The notes under the pieces were generated by a model. It had not been told where the DNA came from, made no database searches, and saw only the letters and a list, made by a program, of their open reading frames with translations. Positions 1-12,452 of a stretch of 64,000 bases of DNA are shown here, in pieces; position 1 is the stretch's first letter; each line of letters starts with the position of its first letter. The position numbers were made by a program, and so were the translations under genes. Source of the stretch: Paraspadella gotoi (taxonomy: Eukaryota > Animalia > Chaetognatha); the NCBI GenBank assembly GCA_051294375.1, contig CM119263.1, forward strand, positions 12,005,130-12,069,129. The letters run 5' to 3'.

Positions 1-831
1 TCACGAACCTCAGTTTTAGTCCCTCCTTACGTACATGTACATTAAGGCGTAGTAAAATTTCTAAATTTAACTTAATTAAAATTATAAAAGTGAGGAACGA
101 ACAACATTATATTAATGAACATTTATGTAATAAAAAAATTTATAAATTTTACAATTTACGCAGTAGGCCATATTTATACTAGTACTAAACCAATAAATGT
201 TAAAATTTCAAAACAGTTTTTTCAAAAAATTTTTTGCAGATTTGGATTCGTCATAAAAAGTTGATAGAAAGAAATATAACTCTTTTTGAAAAATTCCTTC
301 ATTAAGTGGGTCAAAAATTAGAAAAAGCTATATTTTAAGCTGAAAATTAATTTTTTATATATTAAATAGTTTTTTTCAATTTTTAACCCACTTAATGAAA
401 GAATTTTTAAAAATGATTTATATTTCTTTTATCAACTTTTGACGAGGAATTCAAATCTGCAATCAAAATTAAGAAAAGCTTTATTTGAAATTTTTCGATT
501 TTATAAGGATAGTACTGTGGACGAACAAATAGAACATGCAACCTCGGTCAAACCACTTGACCTTAACAACCTGACCCCGCTCGTTTCCCCAGTTTATTTG
601 TGGTCAAAATGTTGACCTTTGTAAATACCATTGTAATAGACTTAGCATCTGAGCATTTTAACTGTTATTGTTTATACCATGTTGAAGAATAATTCATTCT
701 TGATCTGAAACTTGTCGTCCATACGTGGTAAGCCCGACGTGAAAAAACATAAAAAATAAAACGAAAAACAAAAAACAAAAGAAAAACAAAACAAAAATAA
801 AAACTCAAACGAAATAAATTTTTACGCGTTT

Positions 832-2095
832 TTGCCATTTTGTAAATCTTTTTTTTTTTTTACAGTGAACAACTTAAAACCTGAATCAATTCTTTTTTTT
901 TTAATGCCACGATCGTACCACCTGAGCGTCACCCGCCCTCCAACGCCTGCCGACGAAGAGGAATCGACCATGCCTGTAACAACACGCAACGCCTCTCAAT
1001 CCGACAGCGCTGGCCGCGACGACGCCTTCCACGACGCCGCCGCCTCGACGTCCGCGACGCCTCTCGAATTGCAAATCGAGAGTCTTTTCCAAATGGTCTT
1101 CGAGATCAACAGAAAACTCGCCGCGGTCACGGAAAGGCCCAATCCCCCTTCAGCGGACGCAAGCACCGCTTCAACGGAGTTGCCTCCATCGGTGGAAGAC
1201 GGCGCCAGTGACGCCACCCCCACAGGCAACCCGACCCTCTCACGCCCTCCAGCGCCTTCCAGCGCTTCAGCAAGAAGGAGAAATCCCAAGCTGACGACCT
1301 TCGACCCAGACCACATCGAGGAGTGGCAAGACCACGCCGCTGTGGAATTCGGCGCCACCGGCGTCACCGAGCCGGCGGAGAAGAAGGCGCTCATCCTCAG
1401 CGCCATCCCCATCTCCCGCCACCGGCTAATCCCACATGGTCTCCGCATCGACGAAGGCCCTGAAGCTTACAAAAATTTGATTCTCCACTTGCAGAAAATT
1501 TATGGTGAGGATGCCAACAGACGTGCCGCAAAGGCGCTGAAGATGACGTCACTGAAAGGCGTCACTCCTTCCCAGCACCTCTCCGCGATCGACGCCGTCT
1601 TGGAAGGTCTCACCATGGACCACATCAAGGCTGCCATCTTGGCTGCCTCCCTCCCTCAAAGCGTCAGGGAACACGCCATCAGGAAGGATAAAAAACCCGC
1701 CGACATCGCCAAAGACGCCGACGAATTTTTCCTTCAGGCCAGCTTCGCAGCTCTGACCGCACTTCATCCTCAGTGAATGCCGTCACTTTCAGTGAGGTCA
1801 CAGTGGACGAGCCACTGGAGCTTCTTGATGAATCGGCAAGCAACGCTGATGACGCCGCCATCTCCTACGCAAACGCAGTTTGCCGGCCGCCGCCGCGCTC
1901 AACGCAGTGCCCTGCCCCGCAGCAATGCCCATCACAGCAGCGCACGCAGCAGCAACGGCGCCCAACATTAACGCCCCGCTCCCCGCCACACCGTGAACCG
2001 CCCATGGGAGAAGCCAAGTGCTTCTACCACTACAATTTCGGCGCCAACGCGTTTGTGCCACGGGACGAACCGTGATGGCCGCCCATGCCCAATGG
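832..2095 (+). pseudogene. gag: Gypsy gag (frameshifted) with CHCC-type knuckle
   Basis: Gag-like ORF 832-1776 continuing to CFYHYNFGANA, then (after a 1-nt shift) CHGTNRDGRPC, matching the CHCC motif known for the CsRn1 clade. Confidence 0.75.
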
Positions 2096-2099
2096 CGCC

Positions 2100-4867
2100 G
2101 TCAAACACCAACGCCGGCGGCCGCTAGTCGCCCGCGTCGCTGGCCGAAACGACTCGAAGCTTTTTTTAGTGCGCGACACTGACGCCGGCCTGGAGTGGCT
2201 CGTCGACCGCGCCGCCGCCAAGGCGGACCCAGCCGCCGTCAAAGCGGCGCTCGCCGCCGCTAACGCCCCGCCACTCCGCGCCGCTAACGACACGCCCATT
2301 GAAACTTTCGGCATCCGAGAGATGGGGATTAGATTGGGAAAACGCGTTTTTCCCTATCTCGTCATCATCGCCGACGTCGCCACGCCCATTCTTGGCGCCG
2401 ACTTTTTGGAGCACCATCTCGGCGTTGATCATCAACGCCGAATTCTACTTGACCTCGACGACTACATGGTCATCACTGGCCATGCCCACGACGCCGCCGC
2501 CGCCGCTGCGCCGCCCCGCGTCCTGCACGTCCGCGACGCCTACTCCAGACTTCTCGACGGGCGACATACCGACAAAAGGTCCGCCCGTTTTTGCCCGCGC
2601 CCGCCGCCTCGCCCCCGATCAGCTCGCCGCCGCCAAGGCCGAGTTCGAGAAGATGCTGGAACTCGGGATTATCCGACGCTCAACGTCCGCGTGGGCATCG
2701 CCGCTACACGTCACCCAGAAACCCGACGGCTCTCTTCGTCCCTGTGGCGACTATCGACGCCTTAACGGCGTCACCGTCAACGATCGCTACCCGATCCGCC
2801 ACCTCATGGACTTCAACGCCGACGTTGCCGGGAAGACGGTTTTCTCGAAGATCGACCTCTGCAAGGGATATCATCAGATCCCTGTCGCGAAAAAGATCGC
2901 CATAAAACGGCGATCATCACACTGTTCGGCCTCTATGAGTTCCTCTTCATGCCGTTTGGCGTTGAAAAACGCCGGCCAGGACTTCCAACGCATGATGGAC
3001 CAAGTTCTAAGCGGCATTCCCCACGTCTTCGTTTACTTAGATGACCTTCTGTGGCATCTCACTCACACGAAGAGCATCAGAGGGATCTCAAGCGCGTCTT
3101 CAACGCGCTCGCCGACAACGGCCTTATCGTCAACGCGCTAAATGCGTTTTCGGTGCCTCCAGCCTGGAGTTTCTGGGCTACAACGTTGACAAGGATGGCG
3201 TCCGCCCTCTTCCGTCGAAGGTAGAGGCATTACGCGAGATGGCCACGCCCACTAGTGTCAAAGAACTTCAACGTTTCCTTGGGGTTTCAACTACTATCGC
3301 CGATTCGTGCCCCACGCTGCACATCACTCGACCCTCTCCTTGAAGTTCTCCGCGGAAAACCGCGCGCGCTAAAATGGGCGGCCCGCAAGACGCCGCCTTC
3401 CAGGCAATCAAGGACGCCCTCGCCGACTCCACAATGCTGGTCCATCCGATCGACGGCGCCCCTCTCGCCCTGACAGTCGATGCCTCCGACGTCGCCGTCG
3501 GCCGCGTCCTCGAACAGCTCGTCGAAGGCCAGTGGCAACCCCTTGGGTTCCACTCCAAACCACTGAAACCAAACCAGCGCAAATGGCCGCCATTCGACAA
3601 GGAGCTTCTCGCTGCTCATGCATCGATCCGCCATTTCCGCCCATATGTCGAAGGACGCGCTTCACGCTTTTCAGCGATCACATCTCGCTTGTGCCGGCGC
3701 TGCGGAAGAAGGCAGAACCTCACACCATGAGGCAAACCTACCAGTTGGCGGGCATCGCCGAATACACCGGCGACATCCGTCATATCGCCGGGAAGGCGAA
3801 CGTCGTCGCCGACGCCCCTCTCCCGCCCGCCAGCTCCTCCGCCAGCGCCGCCACCATCGACACTCCAGACATCGACCCAAAGCAAACTCGAACGCGCAGA
3901 AAGAGCGTGAGGACATCGCCACCACCGTCAACGCAGTCGGCGCCCTCCAAGTCAACTTCGAGGCAATGGCGGCTGATCAAGCCACTGATGACGATGTCCA
4001 GCGGCTCCTCAACGACCCTCATACGGCGCTCCGTCTCAAAACTGTCCCGATCAGCAACACGACGTTCATTTGTGATGTCTCCGGCTCCCGGGCACGCCCA
4101 CTCGTTCCAGCATGGCGCCGGCGCGTTTTCGATGCCACCCATGGCATCGCTCACCCGGGAGTTCGCGCATCCAAAAAGCTCGTGACGACGCGTTTCGTAT
4201 GGCCATCAGCCTCATCCGACATCGCACGATGGGCAGCGTCATGTGACACTTGTCAGCGCGCCAAGACGCAGCGCCATGTCCGCGCCCCTCTCCAAAGCTT
4301 CGAACCACCGTCTAGACGTTTTGCACACGTGCATATCGACCTAGTGGGGCCGCTGCCAGCCGTCTCCGGTCACACTCATCTTTTGACGATGATTAACCGA
4401 TTCACGCGCTGGCCGGAAGCGGCACCGCTTCGAGACGTCTCCGCCGCCTCCGTCGCCGCCGCCTTTCTACAAAATTGGGTTTCGCGTTTTGGCGTCCCTT
4501 CCGTTGTCACCACCGATCGTGGCGCCCAGTTCAAGTCCGAACTATGGCGCCAAGTGGCGGCGGTAGTTGGTTTCGACCCTTCCACGACGACCGCCTACCA
4601 CCCCCAGTCCAACGGGATGGTTGAGCGTCTTCATGGGACGCTAAAAGCGGCACTCCGCGCCCGCTGCGACGCCGCCGGACAAAACTGGCTGGCACAGTTG
4701 CCATGGACTCTTTTGAGTCTCCGCGCAACTCCACGAAGATTCGGACATTTCTCCCGCCGAATTAACGCTGGGTGAGACGCTGATGCTCCCTGGCGAGCTA
4801 CTTCCGGTTCCGACAACTGATGTCGATGCCGCCGCTCGCTCGCAAATCCTCGACGACCTCCGCGCAG
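2100..4867 (+). pseudogene. pol: Gypsy pol (PR-RT-RNaseH-IN), multiple frameshifts
   Basis: PILGADFL (protease), WASPLHV, CGDYRRLN, YLDD (RT), VDASD/DKELLA (RNase H), HPGV..CDTC, HIDLVGP, TDRGAQF, YHPQSNGMVER (integrase). Confidence 0.92.
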
Positions 4868-6919
4868 NNNNNNNNNNNNNNNNNNNNNNNNNNNNNNNNN
4901 NNNNNNNNNNNNNNNNNNNNNNNNNNNNNNNNNNNNNNNNNNNNNNNNNNNNNNNNNNNNNNNNNNNNNNNNNNNNNNNNNNNNNNNNNNNNNNNNNNNN
5001 NNNNNNNNNNNNNNNNNNNNNNNNNNNNNNNNNNNNNNNNNNNNNNNNNNNNNNNNNNNNNNNNNNNNNNNNNNNNNNNNNNNNNNNNNNNNNNNNNNNN
5101 NNNNNNNNNNNNNNNNNNNNNNNNNNNNNNNNNNTTCAAAATAGAAATACCGGGCCGCGGCGTCGAAATAATCTGTCGATCGACTGAAACCTGCCGTCAC
5201 CGACGAAGCCGCTCCTCCTGAACCACCGCGGGCACGCCCAAGAGGTCGTCCGCATCGCGCTTCAGTAGCGGCTCCAACCGTCGTCAACGATGAAACGGAA
5301 GCGGCGCCTCTCGCGTCTTCCATGACGCCCCAAGTTGCTCGTCGACAATATCCATTCCCGATCTTGATTTCATAAGTCTTTCCGGAACTGCCTTCAACCG
5401 CCGGAAGATGACGACGAAAACGACACGCAACTTCAATAACTCTCTCATCAAGCCTTCTCCCCACCCGGTCAAAAGCTGCGTTCCAAACCACTTGACCTTA
5501 ACAACCTGACCGCCGCTCGTTTCCCCCAGTTTATTTTGGTCAAAACGTGACCTTTGTAAATACCATTGTAATAACTTAGCATCTGAGCATTTTGACTGTT
5601 ATTGTTTATAACCATGGTTGAAGAATAATTCATTCTTGATCTGAAACTTGTGTCGTCCATAGTACTATATATAAATATAGCTTACTGCGAAAATTAAAAA
5701 ACATAAAATTAATTTTTTTATAAATTAATGTTCACTGATGGTATGTTGTTCATAATTGACTTTTAGAATTTTCGTATGTAACTTTCACTACGCCTTAATG
5801 TACATTAAGGTGGATCGACGAGCGAATTAAGCTCTACCTCTTGAATTTTCCTATACTTTATTAAGTGTAGATTTATAAAATTTTGTTAAAAAATTCTTAA
5901 ATTTAAAAATTAAATGCCTTTTTTTAATATATACATTCTTCGTACCAACGCGAACTCGGTTTTGAGAATCCGGTGCTCCGATCGAAAGATTCGCGCGAAA
6001 TGAATTCTCCTTTCTCTATGAGATCTGATCGACCAATCAGAGCGCAGTATTTCGCGTCACGAATTGTTTCTTAAATTGACCGGCAATCAAGCGAAAGTCT
6101 GTCAATAGCGCGGAGTATAAATACAATATGGAAAATCTGTCTTCAAGTTCAAGCCCTCTTTATTTTTTGACTTAGATATAAACTTATTACATAGGATATA
6201 AAAACTAAAATTCGATCGCCCAGTTTTCCCGTCCTAGCCACTTTATAATATGACTGAAAGTAAAAAAATGCAAAAAATCAATAATATAAGAAAATAAAGA
6301 TGTCCGTTTTAATTAATATTTTTAAACTTATTATTGCTGAAAATAAAGTAATATTGACAGATTTTATGATTTAAAACAAAAATATTTATATTATAAATTT
6401 TTTTGAATTCTATGAATTATGTATTATTCTATCAAAAAACCGAAAAATTGAGCAAAATGGGAGAAATTGGTTCCACTAAATAAATAAATAAATAATTTAT
6501 GCTTAAAACTTTAGCACGAAGAAAGAAAATGTTATTTTGTATTAAAAGAAAATGATTGTCATAAAAAACAAGTAATTTTAGTTGGCAGACGTTATAAAAA
6601 ATCTCATGAAATACTTTTAATTATCTCTCTCGCAAACAAGCGTCGATTGTTTAAGAGCCATCTCATAACTACCATAATTTCTTTTTTAATCATGAGAAAT
6701 TAAAGTTCTGATAACAATGATAGTAAAATTATTTAGACACCATTGCCATGACACCAACAGGCTGCCACACAGGCGCCATGACACCCATAAAATAATAGTA
6801 AGCGCTATAAAAGTTTGTTTTAATTAGCGGGCAGCACAATGAGTAAAGTCATAATAAAAACTTTGTGTAGATCAGTATTTTTGATATAGATATCATTAAA
6901 TTATAAAAGTTTCATTTTT

Positions 6920-7480
6920 ATGAATTTTTTTTTTGTATCTGCTTTGGGAACTGCTGTACGAGAAGCAATTCTTGCCTGAATGTAACCATCTCTATTAAAA
7001 CGAGAAACTTGGGTTTCAATATCAATTCTCTTATTAAACTTTCAACCAATTGAGTATGACTTGGAAAAGGAGGAAGTATAAGCTATTCGTTTTCAATATT
7101 TATAAGCTCTTATATAAACATGGAAAAACGTTAAGATTGATTCTGTTATAACCACAGCATTCCAATCAATTATCTCGATATAACTTGTTGTATTGAAATT
7201 AAGAGTAGGTGGCTTAAAAATCCTTACATATTTGTCGCCAACGTCCGAATCTTGTCTCAACGTAAAGATTTTTTGGGAGAGCAAGATTTCTAATTTTTTT
7301 ATCATCATCTGCCATCATAACTAATAACAAAGTCTCTGGGTGTGCATACCAAGATTTTATATAGGGCTTTATTATTTGTATTGTTTCGTTAGGGAGGTAC
7401 TTGAGCAATTTAATTTGATTAAAAACATTTTTAGGCGTATCTTTTAGTTCTGGTATACATTTCCGCTCAAACCACATAAA
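6920..7480 (-). pseudogene. Transposase C-terminal remnant (probably hATm-like)
   Basis: Frameshifted WYAHPETLLLVMMADDDKKIRNLA...PTLNFNTTSYIEIIDW...LPPFPSHTQLVE...RDGYIQARIASR; resembles the 'PCHTQAVER' transposase family (assignment from memory). Confidence 0.6.
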
Positions 7481-7790
7481 TGCATAATTTGTTACATCAA
7501 AGAGACTTTTTTTCAGTTTTGCCTTGACGAATTTTCACTTCCCTCACACTTCCTACTGCATACCAAAGATAACGTTGATCACGTGAAAGATCTGAAACCT
7601 GTTCCGAGAGATGGCGAATTCCTGGCCCAAGGTCACCTTTCTCAAAGGTCTTATTCCAAGACAATGATTCAACAGAGTGAAGAAGGAGACCAATAGGAGC
7701 TTCAAAAGAATTTTAACCACTTGTTTTGGCGAAAATTTTTTGGACAAGATGACAGAGGCCCAACTCATTGGTATGAAGGCTGCAAAGTTC

Positions 7791-7890
7791 CAGGGATGTG
7801 GAGCCGGAGCTGGAGCCGCCGGAGCCGAGCTTTTTTTGCCGGAGCCGGAGCCAGAATTTTTATCTAGCTGGAGCTGGAGCCGGAGCCGAG
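7791..7890 (+). repeat. GGAGCC tandem repeats at a hAT-like MITE end
   Basis: CAGGGATGTGGAGCCGGAGCTGGAGCC... start followed by repeated GGAGCC units. Confidence 0.45.
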
Positions 7891-7985
7891 GGCGTCATGG
7901 CTAAGTCGCGAGATTTGCGATTTAGCGTTCCACTGAACTACATCTAGCGTTCTAGTTATGGCGATTTTCGCCTAAAATAATCAGA

Positions 7986-9060
7986 TTAGGGTTAGGGGTT
8001 AGGGTTGAGTTGGTTTAGGGTTAGGTTGAGTAGGTAGTAGTTAGGGTTAGGGTTGAGTAGTTTTAGGGTTAGGGTTGAGTAGTTAGGGTTGGGTTAGGGT
8101 TGAGTTAAGTTAAGTTTATTTTAGGCTTATTATTAATGTCAATTTTAGGGATAGGGGTAGGGAGGGTGTTGTTGATGACCAAGAGGCCGCGTTAGGGTTA
8201 GGGTTGAGGCACGGAGATGTACGGGAGGCCTGGGCCCGGTTTAGGGTTAGGGTTGGGAGAGAGGCCCGTGGGTTATATATCGAAGGCAATTAGGGTTAGG
8301 TTGAGGTACGGAGATGTACGGGAGGCCTGGGCCCGGTTTAGGGTTAGGTTGGGAGAGGAGGCCCGTGGGTTATATATCGAAGGCAATTAGGGTTAGGGTT
8401 GAGGTACGGAGATGTACGGGAGGCCGGGCCTGGTTTAGGGTTAGGGGAGAGGCATGGAGTTAAACGGGAGGCTTGGTTTAGGGTTAGGGTTGCGGGAGGG
8501 ACCCATGGTTGATGCATCGAAGAGCGGTTAGGGTTGAGGCACGGAGATGTACGGGGAGGCTGGGCCTGGGTTAGGGTTAGGGGAGAGGCATGGAGTTGAA
8601 CGGGAGGCTTAGTTTAGGGTTAGGGTTGGGGGAGGGGCCCGTGGTTGATGCATCGAAGGCGGTTAGGGTTAGGGTTGAGGCACGGAGATGTACGGGAGGC
8701 TGAGCCTGGGTTAGGGTTAGGGAGAGGCACAGAGTTGAACGGAAGGCTTGGTTTAGGGTTAGGTTGGGGGAGGGGGCCCGTGGTTGATGCATCAAAGGCG
8801 GTTAGGGTTAGGGTTGAGGCATGGAGATGTACGGGAGGCCCAGGCCCGGGTTAGGGTTAGGGAGAGGCACAGAGTTGAACGGGAGGTTTGGTTTAGGTTA
8901 GGGTTGGGAGAGGAGCCTGAAGGTGATGCTCATCCCCGTGTTAGCTGCGTTTTTCATTATATTCGCTACTTTTATCACTGGCGAGGTCGCCAGTGGGGGG
9001 ACTGGCGACATCGCCAAAGCCCTGGCGATATCGCCATGGCGAAGTCGCCAACGAACTAGA
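7986..9060 (+). repeat. Interstitial TTAGGG-rich array with ~100-140-bp higher-order units and a hairpin-rich 3' end
   Basis: Degenerate (TTAGGG)n, about six copies of GTTGAGG(C/T)A(C/T)GGAGATGTACGGG..., then TGGCGA..TCGCCA palindromes ending in CTAG. Confidence 0.8.
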
Positions 9061-11225
9061 ACCTATATTTAGAACCAAATTCCGAAACTCGATCCCAAAC
9101 CTTTTTTCATAATATTTTTATATTTTTGGATAGAGAATGACTGGAATAATATAAATCTTAAGTTACGTCTAAATTGGCCCATGGGTTTAGAAGAAATCGA
9201 CCAAAACAACCAAAATTCCTCTCCCTTTTTTCAACATTCTCGCCTTTTAAGATTTTCGCCGATTCTGACTTCCTCTTACAAACTTATAATTCCGCTAGTT
9301 AATTTTTTTTCCCTTTAACGAGCGAAGGGAATCCACAACTTTCTAATCTTTTATAATTTCTAGGTAAAAAAATATAATACATTACATTAATATTGGGATA
9401 TTGTGAAAGTGTAATGTCTTGTGAAGCCTGTGAAAGTTGAGTAATTAAAAAATTGCCTATTTTATTAATAAAAACTGACATTAAAGTAAAGAAGTTGAAC
9501 ATCTTCTGGCTCATTTCAGTAAACGTCCCTGTTCTCTAAAATAAGATAATGTTTACTTTTTGCTGGTGGAAAAGAAAGATAAATACTTAGACTGTGATGG
9601 GGTGAATAATATTTTGTAGAATTTTGTAAGCATGCTTGTAAAATCAGACAAGCAATTATTTAAGTGACAAACAATTTACATTTTCTTAATCCAAAAAACT
9701 TTTAAGTTTTACTAGAGTACAATTTAGCTTTTTTTCTTTGAGAATCATTAAAAATAATTTAATTTTTATTAATTCTTATGGGTGTCATTAGTTTTAAAAT
9801 TAATTATAATTTTGACTTAGTTTGACACTACCCTGTAAAGAGATTTCAGCAAAAATAATTCTAAAATTGTATCTTATATGTGCCTATGATTATGGCTTCA
9901 TTTTGGTACTATTGCCAACCATTTATTCTTTGTTCCTTCAAAAGATATTAGGAAAAAATAAGTTTTTTCTCTTAACCTTCCTTTCAATTTCTTTTTAAAT
10001 AAAAATTTCGCGATGAAAACTGGACCATCAGTTTACCATGTTGGTTAAATATGAAAAAATTGGTCAATAATAAAAAGAAAAATAGAACGAGCTCTTGGGA
10101 CACAAGGCTTTTGGAATCTCATAATTCGAATACCACTTATAATGCTAACATCCCTAATCCGTTTGTAATTTTAAAAAAGTGAAATTTCACTTTCATTTCT
10201 ATAGTAAAAATAAGGTATGGAAATCCTCCGGAGACGAGTAGTACATTTCCCCTAGCTTGTTTGATAGTAAAATCTTTATCAAATGCCACAAGAAGAAAGA
10301 ACGAGCTCTTGAGATGCAAAGCTGTCGGAATCGGGTGTTTTTACAACTGTTTTCTACCGGAAATTCTTGCAGGCTCGTTTGTAAAGTTGGGCAGTCAGAT
10401 TCGAACGGAAATCTCTATTTAGAAAATGTTGAATTTTTTTTTAAGCAAGATTTTCGCCTACTATATTCAGTCATATCTAAAAAACAAAAGATTTTGCATT
10501 GATATTTTGGATATCAACATATTAAACTATAACGTTTCAAAAAAATAAAAAGAAATATAATAATATTAAATCAGTGAATTTTTTTTATGCACGGAACAGT
10601 AACGTTACGCCATTTTTCATAGTGTCATAGGTTTGTTTTATTTTGTATTATAATTAAAACCGATATAAAATGGGGTAGAATGCATCAAATGCTTAAAGTG
10701 AATACATTTTCGGAATCGCCAGGAGCTCAGCTTTCTGAAGTAGCCTATTTTGAAGTTGAATTGAATGACCCTTTTTCTTAACGGGTTTTTAATCCTAAAT
10801 TATGTAATTTGAAAAAAAATTATTAGTGCCACAGTAACAGTTCAGCTTAAGCCCTTCAAAGCGATTTACATGTATTGACGCAGCCACTGGTTCTTTGCCT
10901 GCTTGACCACTTTGGCTTGTTTCTGACACACTTTCTGTTTTACTCTTTAATATTGTTAAAAATTTCAATTTTTTTATACATTATACAACTACTAAATAAC
11001 TTTTTACCATAAAAAAATCTTTAAAATACGAAGATTTTAAGGTCACGTGACCGATATTGAAAAAAAGGCGTGTGATCCCGAATATTTATTAATCAATTGC
11101 TGTTGTGAAATCAATGAAAACTAAAGAAGGCAAAGGAAAAACCGATTTTGAAAAAAAATATACGTCAGAGTCCACCTTAATGTACAAATTGTACATTTGT
11201 TTATTATTTGAATTACTTCCATCAG

Positions 11226-12371
11226 GCCGAACCGACGAAATTGGAACTTTTGTCCAAAGAGTATGAGTCGAAGAAAGACGTTCACAAAGCGGGCGAGAAA
11301 GACTCCATTCTCGACAAGTACGGCGGTCGCGAGCATCTCGAGGCTCCGCCGAAGGCGTTGCTGCTCGCACAAACGGAAGAGTATGTCGTCTACAACAGGT
11401 GAGAACCTTAAGTTCAAAAGTGAAATGTATGTGTGATGTGTGATGTGTAATTGTGTATGTATTTGTGATGAAAAGAAAATGACTAGTTTCACCATTTCAC
11501 TTAAGACTCGGCAAAGTGATCGAAGGTCAGGAGAAGAAGCACGTCAAGTCGAAATACGTCGAAAACGAATACATTCAGAATCATTCGAGCGTTTGGGGAT
11601 CTTTCTGGAAGCAGGGCCAATGGGGATACAAGTATGAAAATATACTAATAGAAATTAGTAATCGGGTGCAATATCATTGATTTTTTTTTTTTTTCGAACC
11701 GAATTTTCAGATGTTGCCATTCTCTGGTCAAGCAAAGCTATTGCACTGGCGACTCCGGGAAAGCTGCCGCAAAGGACGGCGAGAGTTTGGAGATGTTAAA
11801 GTCGAAAGCTTGGGATAAACCTGCCGTCAACAGCGCACTTAGCGACGACGATGACGACGACAGCAGCGACAATAAAAACGCGAATAACGAGAACAGCGCC
11901 ACCGACGAGGAAGAAAAGAAGATAAAAGAAAAGGTAAAGAAGATCAAAGAGAAGGAGAAAGAGGAGAAAAGAAGAAAGAGAAAACTAAAGAGGATGAAGA
12001 GGAAAGAGAAAAAGAGGGTGGAGAGGAAGAGGAAGAAAAAGAAAAAGGAGGAAGAGGACGACGAGTCCTCGGACGAGAAGGAGAAGAAGAAACGACGAAA
12101 GAAGGAAAAGAATCGCGACTCGAGTTTGTCGGAAGAAGATTCCTCGTCCGACGAAGACGAGGAGACGAAGAGGATGAAGCGCGTCAAGGCGGCGATGAAG
12201 GCACAAGCGGCCGAAAGGAGAAAGGCTGAGGAACTCTTGGCCATCGACGAGCGGAAGAGGCCCTACAACAGTTTCTACGCGGTCAAGGAGCCTACCGAGG
12301 ACGAAATGGAGGCTTATCGTCTGAAAAATCTTCGAGAAGAAGACCCCATGGCACAGTTCTTGAAAGCGTGA
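11226..12371 (+). CDS. SLU7: Pre-mRNA splicing factor SLU7, last three exons (11226-11398, 11506-11631, 11711-12371)
   Basis: AEPTKLELL...[45 protein letters not shown]|[17 protein letters not shown]...[21 protein letters not shown]; canonical GT-AG introns with matching phases. The 5' exons lie outside the window. Confidence 0.95.
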
Positions 12372-12452
12372 AACGTCTTCCGTGCCCTTTGCCCCATACC
12401 CCCATTTCCCCATTATAAATAGTCATTTTGTGCGTTACCTGTTTAATGTTTA

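Larger units (their letters stand above)
516..5661 (+). mobile_element. Ty3/Gypsy LTR retrotransposon, CsRn1/Kabuki-like, frameshifted
   Basis: 5' LTR 516-723 (TGTGGACGA...TCGTCCATA), partial 3' LTR ~5484-5661, TSD GTAC (512-515 / 5662-5665), PBS TGGTAAGCCCGACGTGA (726-742, tRNA-Trp type), gag and pol remnants. Confidence 0.92.
43..5797. mobile_element. hAT-like MITE (TAAGGCGTAG termini, ~610 bp) split by Gypsy insertion
   Basis: Termini TAAGGCGTAGT (43) / ACTACGCCTTA (5797); 8-bp TSD ATGTACAT at 35-42 and 5798-5805; uninterrupted copy at 42800-43412. Confidence 0.8.
5806..11179 (-). mobile_element. Degenerate hAT-superfamily DNA transposon with nested repeats
   Basis: TIR TAAGGTGGATCGACG / CGTCAGAGTCCACCTTA; flanks ATGTACAT and ATGTACAA (7/8 TSD); internal transposase remnant. 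Confidence 0.55.

Noticed and set aside
4631-5491. ORFs spanning the N-run
   Set aside because: Artifacts of the assembly gap.
7986-8110. True telomere / chromosome end
   Set aside because: Degenerate, interstitial, and flanked by continuous sequence on both sides.
8190-8910. Repeat-spacer pattern resembling a CRISPR array
   Set aside because: The spacers are themselves repeated, the context is eukaryotic, and there are no cas genes.
11738-12413. Minus-strand ORFs of 168 and 142 aa
   Set aside because: Antisense shadows of the low-complexity SLU7 last exon.
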